Below are positions 1 to 11,767 of a stretch of 64,000 bases of DNA, one piece after another. Within the stretch, counting starts at the first letter, position 1; the number at the start of each line of letters is the position of its first letter. A program made the position numbers and the translations under genes. The notes under the pieces were generated by a model, which was given only the letters and a program-made list of their open reading frames with translations, was not told the origin of the DNA and ran no database searches. Location: NCBI GenBank assembly GCA_050952625.1, contig JBMNLH010000001.1, positions 1,344,001 to 1,408,000 of the forward strand, written 5' to 3'. This DNA is from Bacillota bacterium. Its GTDB lineage: Bacteria > Bacillota > Ch66 > Ch109.

Positions 1-2136
<2,136 letters not shown>

Positions 2137-2166
2137 TCATTTTCCAAAACTAACCTGATCATTTGA

Positions 2167-2195
2167 ATTATAACCAAGCCCTCCAGCTTTGTCAA
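2167..2195 (-). promoter_or_regulatory. Consensus sigma-A promoter for alaS
   Basis: Minus strand TTGACA-17 nt-TATAAT about 65 nt upstream of the start codon. Confidence 0.8.
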
Positions 2196-2248
2196 TGCAA
2201 GGAGAAATCTGGCCATATATGCCGAAACTGATCAAAAGCTGTAACCGG

Positions 2249-3301
2249 CTAGTCCTCTAAACATTTCAGATAGATATAATTGATCACCACGCGAATAGTC
2301 GCCGCTAAGGGAACAGCCAACAGTAACCCAATAATTCCCCAGAGCTTGCCGCCGGCCAACAGAGCAAAGACGATCACCAGGGGGTGTAAGCCTACTCTAT
2401 CTCCCAAAATCTTAGGGGCAATCACGCTACTTTCTAATTGTTGAATCAACAACAGGGCTACTCCCGTGTATACTGCCAAACGGGTCGATTCCAGCATTGC
2501 CACCCCAACGGCTGGGAGAGCACCAATAAGGGGGCCAAAGTAAGGAATTAATTCAGCCACACCGGCCACTATTCCCAGGGTGAGGGCAAAATTAACCCCT
2601 AGAACAGCCAGGATCCCGGCAGTTAAAACCCCCACAATCAGGCAAACTAATAGATTACCGCGAATAAAACCGAGTAAGATTCGGTCAATTTCCGATAGCA
2701 AGGTCAATATATCTCCTCGCCATTGAGTAGGTAAAGCCGAAATAAATCTTCGTTTAATCAATTCGACGTCCTTCAGAAAATAAAACGAGAGGATTGGGGC
2801 CAAGACGACAATGATTAACGAACTATAACCCCGAATTAAACCTTCCAAAATACTGCCGATCATTCTAACTGCTTCTTCTTCGGTCCGGATAAAGGCTTGA
2901 TTAACCCCCAAACGAACTGCTTCCGGCATTACGGAATACTGGTAGCGTGTGTGTAATTCTTGAAGCCAGTTCTGATAAAAGCCAACGTATTTTGGAATAG
3001 TGTCAGCCAAGATAGTTAGTTCTCTCAAAAGAGCCGGAAGCGCAAGACCTAATACGACCGTTACCCCAGCACCTAGGGTAAAGTAGACGAGTAAGATGGA
3101 GATGGTTCTAGGATAGCCTCGTTCTTCCAGAAATCGAACTGGCCGGACTAGCAAATAGGCGAGAAACGCGGCCCAAATAAAAGGGACCAAGACCTCCTTA
3201 ACTTTTAGTAAGAAAAAGATACTGCCCACGAAAAGGACGATAAACCCAATTACCCGGCCGCGGAGCCATTTAGCTGGGATCTGCACACAATTTCCTCCCA
3301 A
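2249..3301 (-). CDS. AI-2E family transporter (YrrI-like)
   Basis: Multi-TM protein with LIPYFGP and GLHP motifs; conserved position upstream of alaS. Confidence 0.9.
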   Translation of the reverse strand: MGGNCVQIPAKWLRGRVIGFIVLFVGSIFFLLKVKEVLVPFIWAAFLAYLLVRPVRFLEERGYPRTISILLVYFTLGAGVTVVLGLALPALLRELTILADTIPKYVGFYQNWLQELHTRYQYSVMPEAVRLGVNQAFIRTEEEAVRMIGSILEGLIRGYSSLIIVVLAPILSFYFLKDVELIKRRFISALPTQWRGDILTLLSEIDRILLGFIRGNLLVCLIVGVLTAGILAVLGVNFALTLGIVAGVAELIPYFGPLIGALPAVGVAMLESTRLAVYTGVALLLIQQLESSVIAPKILGDRVGLHPLVIVFALLAGGKLWGIIGLLLAVPLAATIRVVINYIYLKCLED

Positions 3302-3382
3302 ACCTTGATTGTTTCTTCAGAAAAGGTTTATACCGGCCACAGCCTGATTTGTTTTTTATAGGTTAACCGAAAGTGAAAATAA

Positions 3383-3407
3383 AACACGCATCGAACTTGA
3401 TGCGTGC
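3383..3407 (-). terminator. Intrinsic terminator after the YrzQ-like gene
   Basis: CACGCATC-GAACTT-GATGCGTG stem followed by a T-run on the minus strand. Confidence 0.65.
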
Positions 3408-3453
3408 CCCAAATATCTCAAGCTGCAGCTTCTTCGTTAATGTTAATAATGAG

Positions 3454-3642
3454 TTAATCCATCAGGTCGCTAACCCCTTCTCGAACTTTCCGCATTATCC
3501 GCCGGGCTTGACTTTGCATCTGCCGCGACCTGCCCATAACCTTACGAGCCCGGCTAGGTTTCCTTTGCGGTGCGATCAACCATGCTGCCACTACCCCTAA
3601 CACACTGCCTGCCAGTAGTCCATTCCAAAACCGACTTCTCAT
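3454..3642 (-). CDS. Small YrzQ/YtxH-like membrane-anchored basic protein
   Basis: MRSRFWNGLLAGSVLG...; ATG at 3642 after a GGGGGTGA RBS; synteny. Confidence 0.75.
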   Translation of the reverse strand: MRSRFWNGLLAGSVLGVVAAWLIAPQRKPSRARKVMGRSRQMQSQARRIMRKVREGVSDLMD

Positions 3643-3661
3643 ATAAATAAAGCTCACCCCC

Positions 3662-3850
3662 TTAGAATGAATAAGATTGCTCCATCGGCGAATCATAAGC
3701 CAAAAGGCTGCCATCTTCAGCTACCTCGTAAACCTCAAATCCATCCTGATTAACGCTGAATTCGACAAAGCAATTCCAACAGTAAAATTGATCCACCCCA
3801 ATTTTCCCTGTTTGAACGCCATTGCAAATAGGGCATTTCACCCCTACCAA
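3662..3850 (-). CDS. YrzR-like small Cys-rich protein
   Basis: CPxC...GKIGxxQFYCWNCFVEF motif; synteny with the PRC-barrel gene. Confidence 0.8.
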   Translation of the reverse strand: MVGVKCPICNGVQTGKIGVDQFYCWNCFVEFSVNQDGFEVYEVAEDGSLLAYDSPMEQSYSF

Positions 3851-4320
3851 CCCCCTTCCTGTGCGACAAACCGATCTGTACTACTTGCTACAACCGAATC
3901 GACTGGGAGAACTCGCCGACCATCCACCAGATCCTGCACCAGTCCATCAGAAATCTCCCAACCAGTGATTCGACCATCTGGCAGACTAAGAACCAAATCC
4001 TCGACAGTGCCCAAATCCCTACCCTCGCAACCAAAAACACTGATTCCCTTCAAGGACTTAATCCCAAACTCTGTTCCTGGATCTACCGCCAACTCATCAT
4101 CCGTATTTTCCTCATCAACAATAACTGCCTGTTTATTAATTTGCTGAATCTGTTTAAGAGGAACCAACCGCCGGTTGGTGAGCCATCCATCTGACCTAAC
4201 TGAAAGAGCTGTAACCTTGTCCTGGCTGAGATCCACAATTAAATCCTCAACCGAACCAGTTTCTTTCCCCGTTTTCCAATCGATAACTGGCAGGCCAATC
4301 AACTCCCGGCCTTTACGCAT
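3844..4320 (-). CDS. PRC-barrel domain protein (YrrD-like)
   Basis: Two PRC repeats (LIGLPV...GSVEDL; GRDLGTVEDL; EISDGLVQDL); start set to ATG 4320 after GGAGG. Confidence 0.85.
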   Translation of the reverse strand: MRKGRELIGLPVIDWKTGKETGSVEDLIVDLSQDKVTALSVRSDGWLTNRRLVPLKQIQQINKQAVIVDEENTDDELAVDPGTEFGIKSLKGISVFGCEGRDLGTVEDLVLSLPDGRITGWEISDGLVQDLVDGRRVLPVDSVVASSTDRFVAQEGGW

Positions 4321-4372
4321 AACCGGCCTCCTCTCATTTCCTATTATCTCCCTTAAACAGTGAATCAATGCA

Positions 4373-5446
4373 TTATTCTTCAGATCGAACAATTGTTCCG
4401 CCGCCGACGACCAGATTATCCTGATAGTAAACCACTGCCTGTCCTGGAGTAACCGCCCTTTGGGGTAAATCAAATTCAATAAGAACCTGGTTACCGGCTG
4501 CCGGTTGAATCACGGCTGTCGCTGGTGCAGCCGCGTAACGAATTTTGGCTTCCACTTTTAAGGCAGCATTAAGATCGGCAAATGGGATAAAATTATTGTT
4601 TGCTGCCCAAACCCGGCGACTATATAGTTCCTTGTTGTCACCTAACACCACCGCATTCTCTTCTGGAATGATCTGCACCACGTACATTGGACGACCCAGT
4701 GCTAAACCTAAGCCTTTGCGTTGTCCCACGGTATAAAAAGGAAGCCCCTGGTGCTGGCCAAGGCAGCGTCCCTGTTGATCGAGAAAAGGGCCGGGCCTGA
4801 TTTGGGAAGCGACTCGCTGCTTTAAAAACTCTCGATAATTATTATTATCAATAAAACATACTTCTTGACTATCGGGCTTGTCCGCTACTTTTAGCTTCAG
4901 CCTTTCCGCTAATTGGCGAATATCTGTTTTTGAATACTGTCCTAACGGAAAAATTATGTAGCGTAGCTGTTCCTGCGATAAATCGTATAAAAAATAGCTT
5001 TGGTCCTTGCGGGGATCTATTCCGCGTAACAAGACATATCGACTGGTCTCCTTATCCTGTTCAACCCGGGCGTAGTGGCCGGTAGCGATAAACTTGGCTC
5101 CCAGTGACCGGGCGTGCTCAATCAGCAACCCAAACTTAATCCAACGGTTGCAGACAACACAGGGATTTGGCGTTCGTCCTTGCAAGTACTCAGTTATAAA
5201 ATATTGAACTACTTCTTGTTCAAAAGACTCTTGAAGATTAAGCGTATAGTGGGGAAAGCCCAGGCGATCCGCTACTTGCCGGGCATCTTTAACTGCCGTC
5301 TGGAAACCAGGCCTCTCTTTTTCTTTCCCTTGATCCGACCATAACTGCATAGTTAAGCCAATGACCTGATGACCGGCTTCCTGGAGCAGATACGCGGCGA
5401 CAGAACTATCAACGCCCCCACTCATTGCCACCGCCACTTTTGCCAT
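4373..5446 (-). CDS. mnmA: tRNA 2-thiouridine(34) synthase
   Basis: AMSGGVDS, TPNPCVVCN, ATGHY, KDQSYFL, SQEVCF and VTPGQ motifs; start ATG 5446. Confidence 0.97.
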   Translation of the reverse strand: MAKVAVAMSGGVDSSVAAYLLQEAGHQVIGLTMQLWSDQGKEKERPGFQTAVKDARQVADRLGFPHYTLNLQESFEQEVVQYFITEYLQGRTPNPCVVCNRWIKFGLLIEHARSLGAKFIATGHYARVEQDKETSRYVLLRGIDPRKDQSYFLYDLSQEQLRYIIFPLGQYSKTDIRQLAERLKLKVADKPDSQEVCFIDNNNYREFLKQRVASQIRPGPFLDQQGRCLGQHQGLPFYTVGQRKGLGLALGRPMYVVQIIPEENAVVLGDNKELYSRRVWAANNNFIPFADLNAALKVEAKIRYAAAPATAVIQPAAGNQVLIEFDLPQRAVTPGQAVVYYQDNLVVGGGTIVRSEE

Positions 5447-5464
5447 TTCCAACCACCCTTTCTG

Positions 5465-5670
5465 GATGTTAGATGTTAGATATTGGATGTTAGACGTGGG
5501 GTGTAAAGCGTTAGGTCCTACTTTTACGTTCCACGTCATTCTTTTCTCTAAGTTGCATTATCTACGTTACACGTTTTACGCTTCATTGCATACGTCTTAT
5601 ACTCCACAATTTACGTCTTACTTTTCACGTTTAAACATCTTATGCTCTACGTTTTACCCCGCACGCCTCC
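5465..5670. repeat. Two head-to-head degenerate heptamer tandem arrays
   Basis: About 7 units of GAYGTTA type (5465-5513), then a longer, more degenerate run of TTTTACG/TYCACG type in the opposite orientation. Confidence 0.75.
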
Positions 5671-5674
5671 CTCT

Positions 5675-6853
5675 TCACCTCTCACAAGGGCAGGTCGGCC
5701 CGTTCCAGCTGGGGCCGCGAAGCTGCTCAACCAAACGAGGCAATTCCTCTAAGACATAATCCAGTTCTTGATGAGTATTGTCGCGGCCTAGAGTTAAACG
5801 GATTGAGCCCTGGACCTGATCAGCCGATAGTCCAATCGCCTGTAGAACATGGGACGGCTCAATTGCGCCAGCCATACAGGCAGATCCGCTGGAAGCAGCA
5901 ATGCCTTTTTCGTCCAGAGCGGTTAGTAAGCTTTGTCCTTCCAGTCCGACAAAACTTATATTCAGGTGTCCGGGTATCCTCTGGCTGGGGTGGCCGTTAA
6001 GTTTAACCGCGGAAATCCGGGTTTGGATTTCCTCCCATAGTCGATCGCGAAGTCGATTAATCCGACCCGCGACCGATTCCATTTCGGCGATAGCCAGTTC
6101 CACGGCTCGACCAAAGCCAACGATTCCAGCCACATTCTCTGTTCCCGGCCTGATTTTTTGTTCCTGGCTTCCGCCATGCCATAGAGGGTCAAGCCGACTC
6201 CCCTCGCGAATATATAACATCCCGGCACCTTTGGGGCCATAAATCTTATGCGCGGAAGCTGAAAGCAGACTAACTCCAAGTTGCTTAACGTCTATCGGTA
6301 CTTTCCCTAAAGATTGAACAGCATCTGTATGAAAAGGAATGCTTCGTTCCTGAGCCCGTCGACCAATTTCCGCAATTGGTTGGATTGTTCCTATTTCGTT
6401 GTTGGCGTGCATTATCGAAATTAGGATAGTATCGTCGTCTAAAACTCGATCTAGTTCGGTTAGATCAACTTCTCCATATTCATTGACCGGCAAATAGGTT
6501 ACCCGAAAACCACGTTTTTCCAGGTATTTGCAAGAATCCAATACGGCATGATGTTCAATACAGGAAGTGATTATATGCCTTCCCCGGTCCTGATAAGCAT
6601 AGGCAGTACCCAGAATCGCCAGGTTATCTGCTTCTGTTCCCCCACTCGTAAAAAGAATTTCGGTCGGATTAGCCCCAATCGCCTCGGCTGCCTGTTCCCG
6701 AGCCCAATTTAAACCTTGGCGAGCTTGTCGCCCATAACTATGTAAACTAGAAGGATTGCCAAACTTATTCCTCAGATATTGCTGCATCAACTCGCTAACC
6801 TCCAGACGAACCGGCGTCGTTGCGCTGTGGTCCAGGTAAACTGATCTCACCAT
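5675..6853 (-). CDS. iscS: Cysteine desulfurase (IscS/NifS family)
   Basis: YLDHSATT, GNPSSLH, FTSGGTE, SAHKIYGPKG and SSGSAC motifs; start ATG 6853. Confidence 0.96.
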   Translation of the reverse strand: MVRSVYLDHSATTPVRLEVSELMQQYLRNKFGNPSSLHSYGRQARQGLNWAREQAAEAIGANPTEILFTSGGTEADNLAILGTAYAYQDRGRHIITSCIEHHAVLDSCKYLEKRGFRVTYLPVNEYGEVDLTELDRVLDDDTILISIMHANNEIGTIQPIAEIGRRAQERSIPFHTDAVQSLGKVPIDVKQLGVSLLSASAHKIYGPKGAGMLYIREGSRLDPLWHGGSQEQKIRPGTENVAGIVGFGRAVELAIAEMESVAGRINRLRDRLWEEIQTRISAVKLNGHPSQRIPGHLNISFVGLEGQSLLTALDEKGIAASSGSACMAGAIEPSHVLQAIGLSADQVQGSIRLTLGRDNTHQELDYVLEELPRLVEQLRGPSWNGPTCPCER

Positions 6854-6943
6854 CTGTCTAATCCTCTCCTTACTTGGCATAGTGTCCCGATATAGTATAA
6901 TATATCCTTATATAAATAACTTCATAAGTTGCGAAGCCTTATA

Positions 6944-7045
6944 GGAGACGGGGACAGGTTTACTGTCCCGGGCAATCTGCTACTCCAAAATACTAAAGCT
7001 AGTATTCTAACACGGTCAGCCGGCTAAACTGGGAACGAGAACAAA
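6944..7045 (-). repeat. Dispersed structured element family B, copy 1
   Basis: GGGACAG-GTTTA-CTGTCCC hairpin plus ~80 nt alignable to 29553-29646 and 50961-51066. Confidence 0.75.
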
Positions 7046-7087
7046 GACGGCATGGGGATCTACTATAGGAATACGGGAGTGAGCAAG

Positions 7088-8410
7088 ATGAATTTGTTTG
7101 ACTACCCCGGATTATCCGATCATTATGATTCCGAATTACCGCTAGCGGCTAGGATGCGGCCACAAAATTTAGATGAATTTATCGGCCAGGAAGAAATCCT
7201 TGGCCCTGGAAAACTTCTTCGCCGAGCCATTGAAACCGATACCCTGAGTTCTTTGATCTTGTATGGTCCGCCTGGAAGCGGCAAAACCAGTTTAGCCCAG
7301 GTAATTTCTCGCATGTCCCAAGCCGAATTTATCAAACTAAACTCCGTTACTTCCGGAATAAAAGAATTAAGAGAAACTATCCAACAAGCCCGGGAACGCC
7401 GCCTTTACCACCGCCAAAAAACCATCTTATTTATTGACGAGATCCATCACCTGAATAAAAGTCAGCAGGATGTTCTCCTACCAGCAGTAGAGGACGGAAT
7501 AATTATCCTGATTGGAGCAACAACCGAAAACCCATACTTTGAAGTAAACTCAGCCTTGTTATCCCGTTCGCGAGTCTTTCGTCTCCGCCGCCTAACCACG
7601 GAAGAAATTAAATTAGCTTTGCAGCGGGCCCTTCAGGACGAAGAACGGGGACTTGGTCAGTATTCGGTCGAAATTACGGAAGAAGCACTTGATCACCTAG
7701 CGAATATCGCCAACGGCGATATCCGAAATGCCCTTTCGGCTCTAGAAATGGCGGTTATGACCACCTCTCCCCAGCAAGGGGTACGACACATCAATCTAAC
7801 GGTAGCAGAAGACGCCATGCAACGCCGAGCTGTTCAATACGATCGACATGGCGATCAGCATTATGATGTGATTTCGGCTTTTATAAAAAGTGTCCGTGGT
7901 TCAGATCCAGATGCGGCCCTATACTGGCTGGCTTTGATGCTCTATGGCGGGGAGGATCCCCGTTTTATCATCCGGCGTCTGATTATCCTAGCTTCAGAAG
8001 ACATTGGTTTGGCAGACCCCCAGGCCATGCTGATCGCCCAAGCAGCCGCCAGTGCCCTGGAATGGGTTGGCTTGCCTGAAGCCCGCATTCCTCTGGCTGA
8101 GGCGACTATCTATCTCAGCCTAGCTCCAAAAAGCAACAGTGCTTATTTAGCAATTGAACGAGCGTTACATGATGTTGAGACCAAACCAATTGGTCCAGTA
8201 CCGGCCCATCTGAGAGATTCTCATTACCCGGGTGCCTGTCAGTTCGGTCATGGAGCCGGGTATCGGTACCCACATGATTATCCCGGTCATGTGGTCAAAC
8301 AAGAATACCTGCCTGAATCACTAAAGGGCAGCTGCTACTACCATCCTTCTGATCAAGGCTGGGAAGCCAAACAACAACGACAAACATTGAAGCCAAACCA
8401 AAAAAAGTAG
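7088..8410 (+). CDS. rarA: Replication-associated recombination protein A (MgsA/RarA AAA+ ATPase)
   Basis: [29 protein letters not shown] and [11 protein letters not shown] motifs. Confidence 0.96.
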   Translation: MNLFDYPGLSDHYDSELPLAARMRPQNLDEFIGQEEILGPGKLLRRAIETDTLSSLILYGPPGSGKTSLAQVISRMSQAEFIKLNSVTSGIKELRETIQQARERRLYHRQKTILFIDEIHHLNKSQQDVLLPAVEDGIIILIGATTENPYFEVNSALLSRSRVFRLRRLTTEEIKLALQRALQDEERGLGQYSVEITEEALDHLANIANGDIRNALSALEMAVMTTSPQQGVRHINLTVAEDAMQRRAVQYDRHGDQHYDVISAFIKSVRGSDPDAALYWLALMLYGGEDPRFIIRRLIILASEDIGLADPQAMLIAQAAASALEWVGLPEARIPLAEATIYLSLAPKSNSAYLAIERALHDVETKPIGPVPAHLRDSHYPGACQFGHGAGYRYPHDYPGHVVKQEYLPESLKGSCYYHPSDQGWEAKQQRQTLKPNQKK

Positions 8411-8698
8411 CACCATGCCGGTTTATTGTATTAGTTTATCCTGGTCCATTGATAATACGCGCTAGTCAAAAGATATTAATGATTTGTCATTTTGTCTAAT
8501 TTTAACCATGACATCTTCCGATAATAATTCTCTTATTTCCTCTTCACTGATTCGCTGCTTTCTGCTACTATAGAAAAGGTGTAAAAACCTGGACACGTAA
8601 GAGGCAAGTGAATTATCATGAGCCACGAGTCAAGCCTAAGTCAACTGGTATCAATAACTCTTCTATAATCACTTTAGATTTAAAGGAGTGCTCTGCTA

Positions 8699-9853
8699 AT
8701 GAGAAAGCTTCAAGACCTTGAAGTAAACGGCAAACGGGTCCTGGTGAGGGTAGATTTCAACATTCCAATTGAAGACGGTAGAATTAGTGATGATTACCGG
8801 ATAGTAACCGCCCTGCCTACTATTCGCTACCTTTTAGAACGTCAGGCTCGGGTGATCTTAATGAGCCATCTTGGTCGGCCTAACGGAAAAGTCGTTGAAA
8901 AACTTCGACTAGAACCGGTAGCCTTCAGACTAGCCGAACTTCTTGAACAGCCGGTTGATTATGTTCGGGACTGTATCGGTCCTGAGGTTGAGCAAGCAGC
9001 GGCTTCACTCCGAAACGGCCATGTCTTACTCCTGGAAAATCTGCGTTTTTATCCAGAAGAAGAAAAAAATGATGAAGATTTTGCTCGAAAGTTAGCCGGT
9101 CTGGCTGACTGCTACATAAATGATGCTTTTAGTGCCGCTCACCGAGCTCATGCCTCGACCCACGCGATTGCCCACTTACTACCGAGCGCGGCCGGCTTGC
9201 TCATGGAGAAAGAGATTTCAGCTTTGGGTCAGTTAGAAACCAAACCGCGTCATCCTTTTGTCGTAATCCTAGGTGGGGCAAAGGTAAGTGACAAGATTGG
9301 TGTCATTAATAACTTGATTGACAAAGCTGACTATTTATTGATTGGTGGAGGAATGGCTTTTACATTCTTGAAAGCTCAGGGAATTGAAATTGGCCGGTCT
9401 TTAGTAGAACCTGAGAAAATTGAATACGCCAAGGAATTATTACTAAAGGCGGGAGGTAAGATTAAGCTGCCGGTGGACGTAGTAGTCGCTGAAGCGTTAA
9501 AAACAGGGATCGCTCAAAGAGTTGTTAGTTCTAATGAGATACCGGCAGATCAAATGGGCCTTGACATTGGGCCAGAAACGATCGATCTTTTTTCTCAGTT
9601 AATCGGTACTGCCCGAACCGTCTTTTGGAATGGACCATTAGGTGCTTTTGAAATCCCGGATTTCTCCCGAGGTACGATCAGTATTCGAGAAGCGATCGCT
9701 CAAAATACGGGAACTACGGTAATCGGGGGTGGAGATACGGCCAACGCGGTGCAAGAATGCCTAAATCGGTTTACCCATGTTTCCACTGGCGGAGGGGCCT
9801 CCCTGGAATTTCTCGAAGGCAGGACCTTGCCCGGAGTGGCTGTGCTTAAATAA
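8699..9853 (+). CDS. pgk: Phosphoglycerate kinase
   Basis: RVDFN, SHLGRP, LLENLRF, GGAKVSDK and HVSTGGGASLE motifs. Confidence 0.98.
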   Translation: MRKLQDLEVNGKRVLVRVDFNIPIEDGRISDDYRIVTALPTIRYLLERQARVILMSHLGRPNGKVVEKLRLEPVAFRLAELLEQPVDYVRDCIGPEVEQAAASLRNGHVLLLENLRFYPEEEKNDEDFARKLAGLADCYINDAFSAAHRAHASTHAIAHLLPSAAGLLMEKEISALGQLETKPRHPFVVILGGAKVSDKIGVINNLIDKADYLLIGGGMAFTFLKAQGIEIGRSLVEPEKIEYAKELLLKAGGKIKLPVDVVVAEALKTGIAQRVVSSNEIPADQMGLDIGPETIDLFSQLIGTARTVFWNGPLGAFEIPDFSRGTISIREAIAQNTGTTVIGGGDTANAVQECLNRFTHVSTGGGASLEFLEGRTLPGVAVLK

Positions 9854-10044
9854 TCATGATCATGCAGTGTTTTAATGGAGGTTAGCGATTGTCGATTTGT
9901 ATATCTTTATATGCTTCCTGCCTCGTCTGCTGATCGACTTAGAATACTAGCACAACCTATTAACCTATTTGTAAATTAGTTTTGAGATAAAAATCACTAA
10001 GCAAGATCTCGGACCGGGGGATGCGTAGTGATTTTTATCTGAGT

Positions 10045-10144
10045 TCAAAAGACCTTCTACAATGGGGGTTATCTTGTTTAAACTCCAGGTAGAGTAACTT
10101 CTCCACCTGAAACCCCGATGTTCAGCGAAGCTGAATGAGCTCAC
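10045..10144 (+). mobile_element. Non-autonomous three-hairpin element family A, copy 1 (IS200/IS605-end-like MITE/PATE)
   Basis: TCAAAAGACC...CAGGTAGAG/CTCCACCTG...TTCAGCGAAGCTGAA.GAG.TCAC; aligns with three other copies. Confidence 0.75.
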
Positions 10145-10170
10145 TAGGAACTGACTCCTCAGCTGCCCTC

Positions 10171-10608
10171 TTAGTGAAGGGTTAGCATTTTCAAACCAAG
10201 CTCTGGATCCAATTGTCGATTGACGGCAACGCCAGTCAGTTCCAAAACTATCGCTTCCACTACTAAATAAACCTCAGCATCCTTCCTCACACAGCCGGTT
10301 AAGCTTATATCCCCTTTACCAAAAGTTGCATGGATATGTAATTCCGGCTGATCCTGGTTTGAAAAGATCGTTCCAATCCCTAATATTTCCCGGCCATCCT
10401 CAAATTCTTGCCACACTTGCTCAGGGGGAACGGTGCATTCCTTGGGACCAGCCACAATTGAAGCTTTTTTTATTGCTCCCAATAAAAATATTACAGCTGC
10501 CTTTAGTTCTTCTTGGCAGGCCAGGTTTTGTAATTGATCTAATAAGTTATCTCCATGCTCAATTTTTACTATAAAGACACGCCCAATACTCCCGCCTGTG
10601 TATCGCAA
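10171..10608 (-). CDS. PPC/DUF296 domain protein
   Basis: GRVFIVKIEHGD, EILGIGTI and HIHAT motifs; TTG start after AGGAGG. Confidence 0.85.
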   Translation of the reverse strand: MRYTGGSIGRVFIVKIEHGDNLLDQLQNLACQEELKAAVIFLLGAIKKASIVAGPKECTVPPEQVWQEFEDGREILGIGTIFSNQDQPELHIHATFGKGDISLTGCVRKDAEVYLVVEAIVLELTGVAVNRQLDPELGLKMLTLH

Positions 10609-10811
10609 ACCATAATCCCTCCTGTAAAGAACAAAATTTATTACCTGTCGCTTCCAATTAATCAAGCTATATGAGGAATAGCAAAATAAATTTACTAGAT
10701 AACTCTATTTAACCAATTATACTCTTAATTGTAACACATTTAACTAGGCTTGATGCAAAATGTTAAATTATGTAGGCAGGTGATATCACGGTTCAAGTAT
10801 TAAAGATTTCG

Positions 10812-10848
10812 TTCGACAAAAAAAGGACTTTGCCGGTATTTGTAGAAT
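10812..10848 (+). promoter_or_regulatory. Putative sigma-H promoter with upstream Spo0A box
   Basis: AGGA-17 nt-GAAT (10824-10848), with TTCGACA (reverse 0A box) at 10812-10818. Confidence 0.5.
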
Positions 10849-10922
10849 ACTACTATTCACACAATAATTTTGAGTATATTACTCCAAAAATGTCGTAATA
10901 TACTCAAAGGAGTCGAAGGGTA

Positions 10923-11459
10923 ATGGTTCTCAGGCTGCCAAACCTGACCAATCTCCTCACAACAGAGGGAAAGGTCTGGATCGCCCCGACCACCGTTATT
11001 ATTGGCGGAGTAGAAATCGGCACTCAAACATGCATCGGACCTAATTCAGTTCTACGGGGTGACTTAAATCGAATTACGATTGGTTCATTGACTAGTATTC
11101 AAGAGGACAGTTTTATTGAAACAAAGGTAACGTTTGGTGTAATTATTGGTAACCGCGTTAGTATTGGCCATAATTCGATCCTTACTGGTTGTAGGGTAGG
11201 AGATGGTGCGATTATTGGTGACCAAGTCAGCATTTTAGAAGGCGCGGAAATAGGTGAAGGTGCAGTGATCAAATCTGGTACCATCATTTATCAAGGTCAG
11301 TGTATACCGCCCCATGTCGTAGTTGAAGGTTCACCAGCCAAGTCCGTTAGATCTCTTACCGAGGAAGAAATTTTTCGAAAGCAAAAGTATTGGCAATATG
11401 TAGAACAGATTTGGGAAGCCTTAAATAATTCCGGGACCAAAGATAGACTAACCGCTTAA
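10923..11459 (+). CDS. Gamma-carbonic-anhydrase-like hexapeptide-repeat protein (degenerate Zn site)
   Basis: LRGD motif and left-handed beta-helix repeats; only one of the three Zn-ligand His residues is present. Confidence 0.85.
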   Translation: MVLRLPNLTNLLTTEGKVWIAPTTVIIGGVEIGTQTCIGPNSVLRGDLNRITIGSLTSIQEDSFIETKVTFGVIIGNRVSIGHNSILTGCRVGDGAIIGDQVSILEGAEIGEGAVIKSGTIIYQGQCIPPHVVVEGSPAKSVRSLTEEEIFRKQKYWQYVEQIWEALNNSGTKDRLTA

Positions 11460-11767
11460 TCCTTAGCACTACCAGCTATATTCAGGCAGACTGATAGTTT
11501 TCCCAAAGCATCACCTTCCCTAAGCAGTTCCAAACCTGATTAACATATTCTTTCCTTCTCTCCAAAATACATATAGTTCCATATTTTCAAATACACCCCA
11601 AATTAATCTGCAAAAATAAATCCTGTTTTCCTAAGTCAATGGTTGTCTCGTTTTCACCATTATTAGCAAATGGTCAAAGAAAACCTCATTGAAAAAAACA
11701 GATCACTCTAAACATAAGAATTAATGTTCTTGAACACTGAATATGGCTTGGAAAAGGGGTTAAAAAA

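Noticed and set aside
5447-5759. Extended mnmA N-terminus and the 97-aa plus-strand ORF at 5466
   Set aside because: Both are translations of the heptamer arrays (periodic TSNIQ / MLDV patterns).
6853-7088. rarA divergent from iscS as evidence of an inversion
   Set aside because: Orientation of rarA at this locus varies among Bacillota; cannot be called unusual without comparison.
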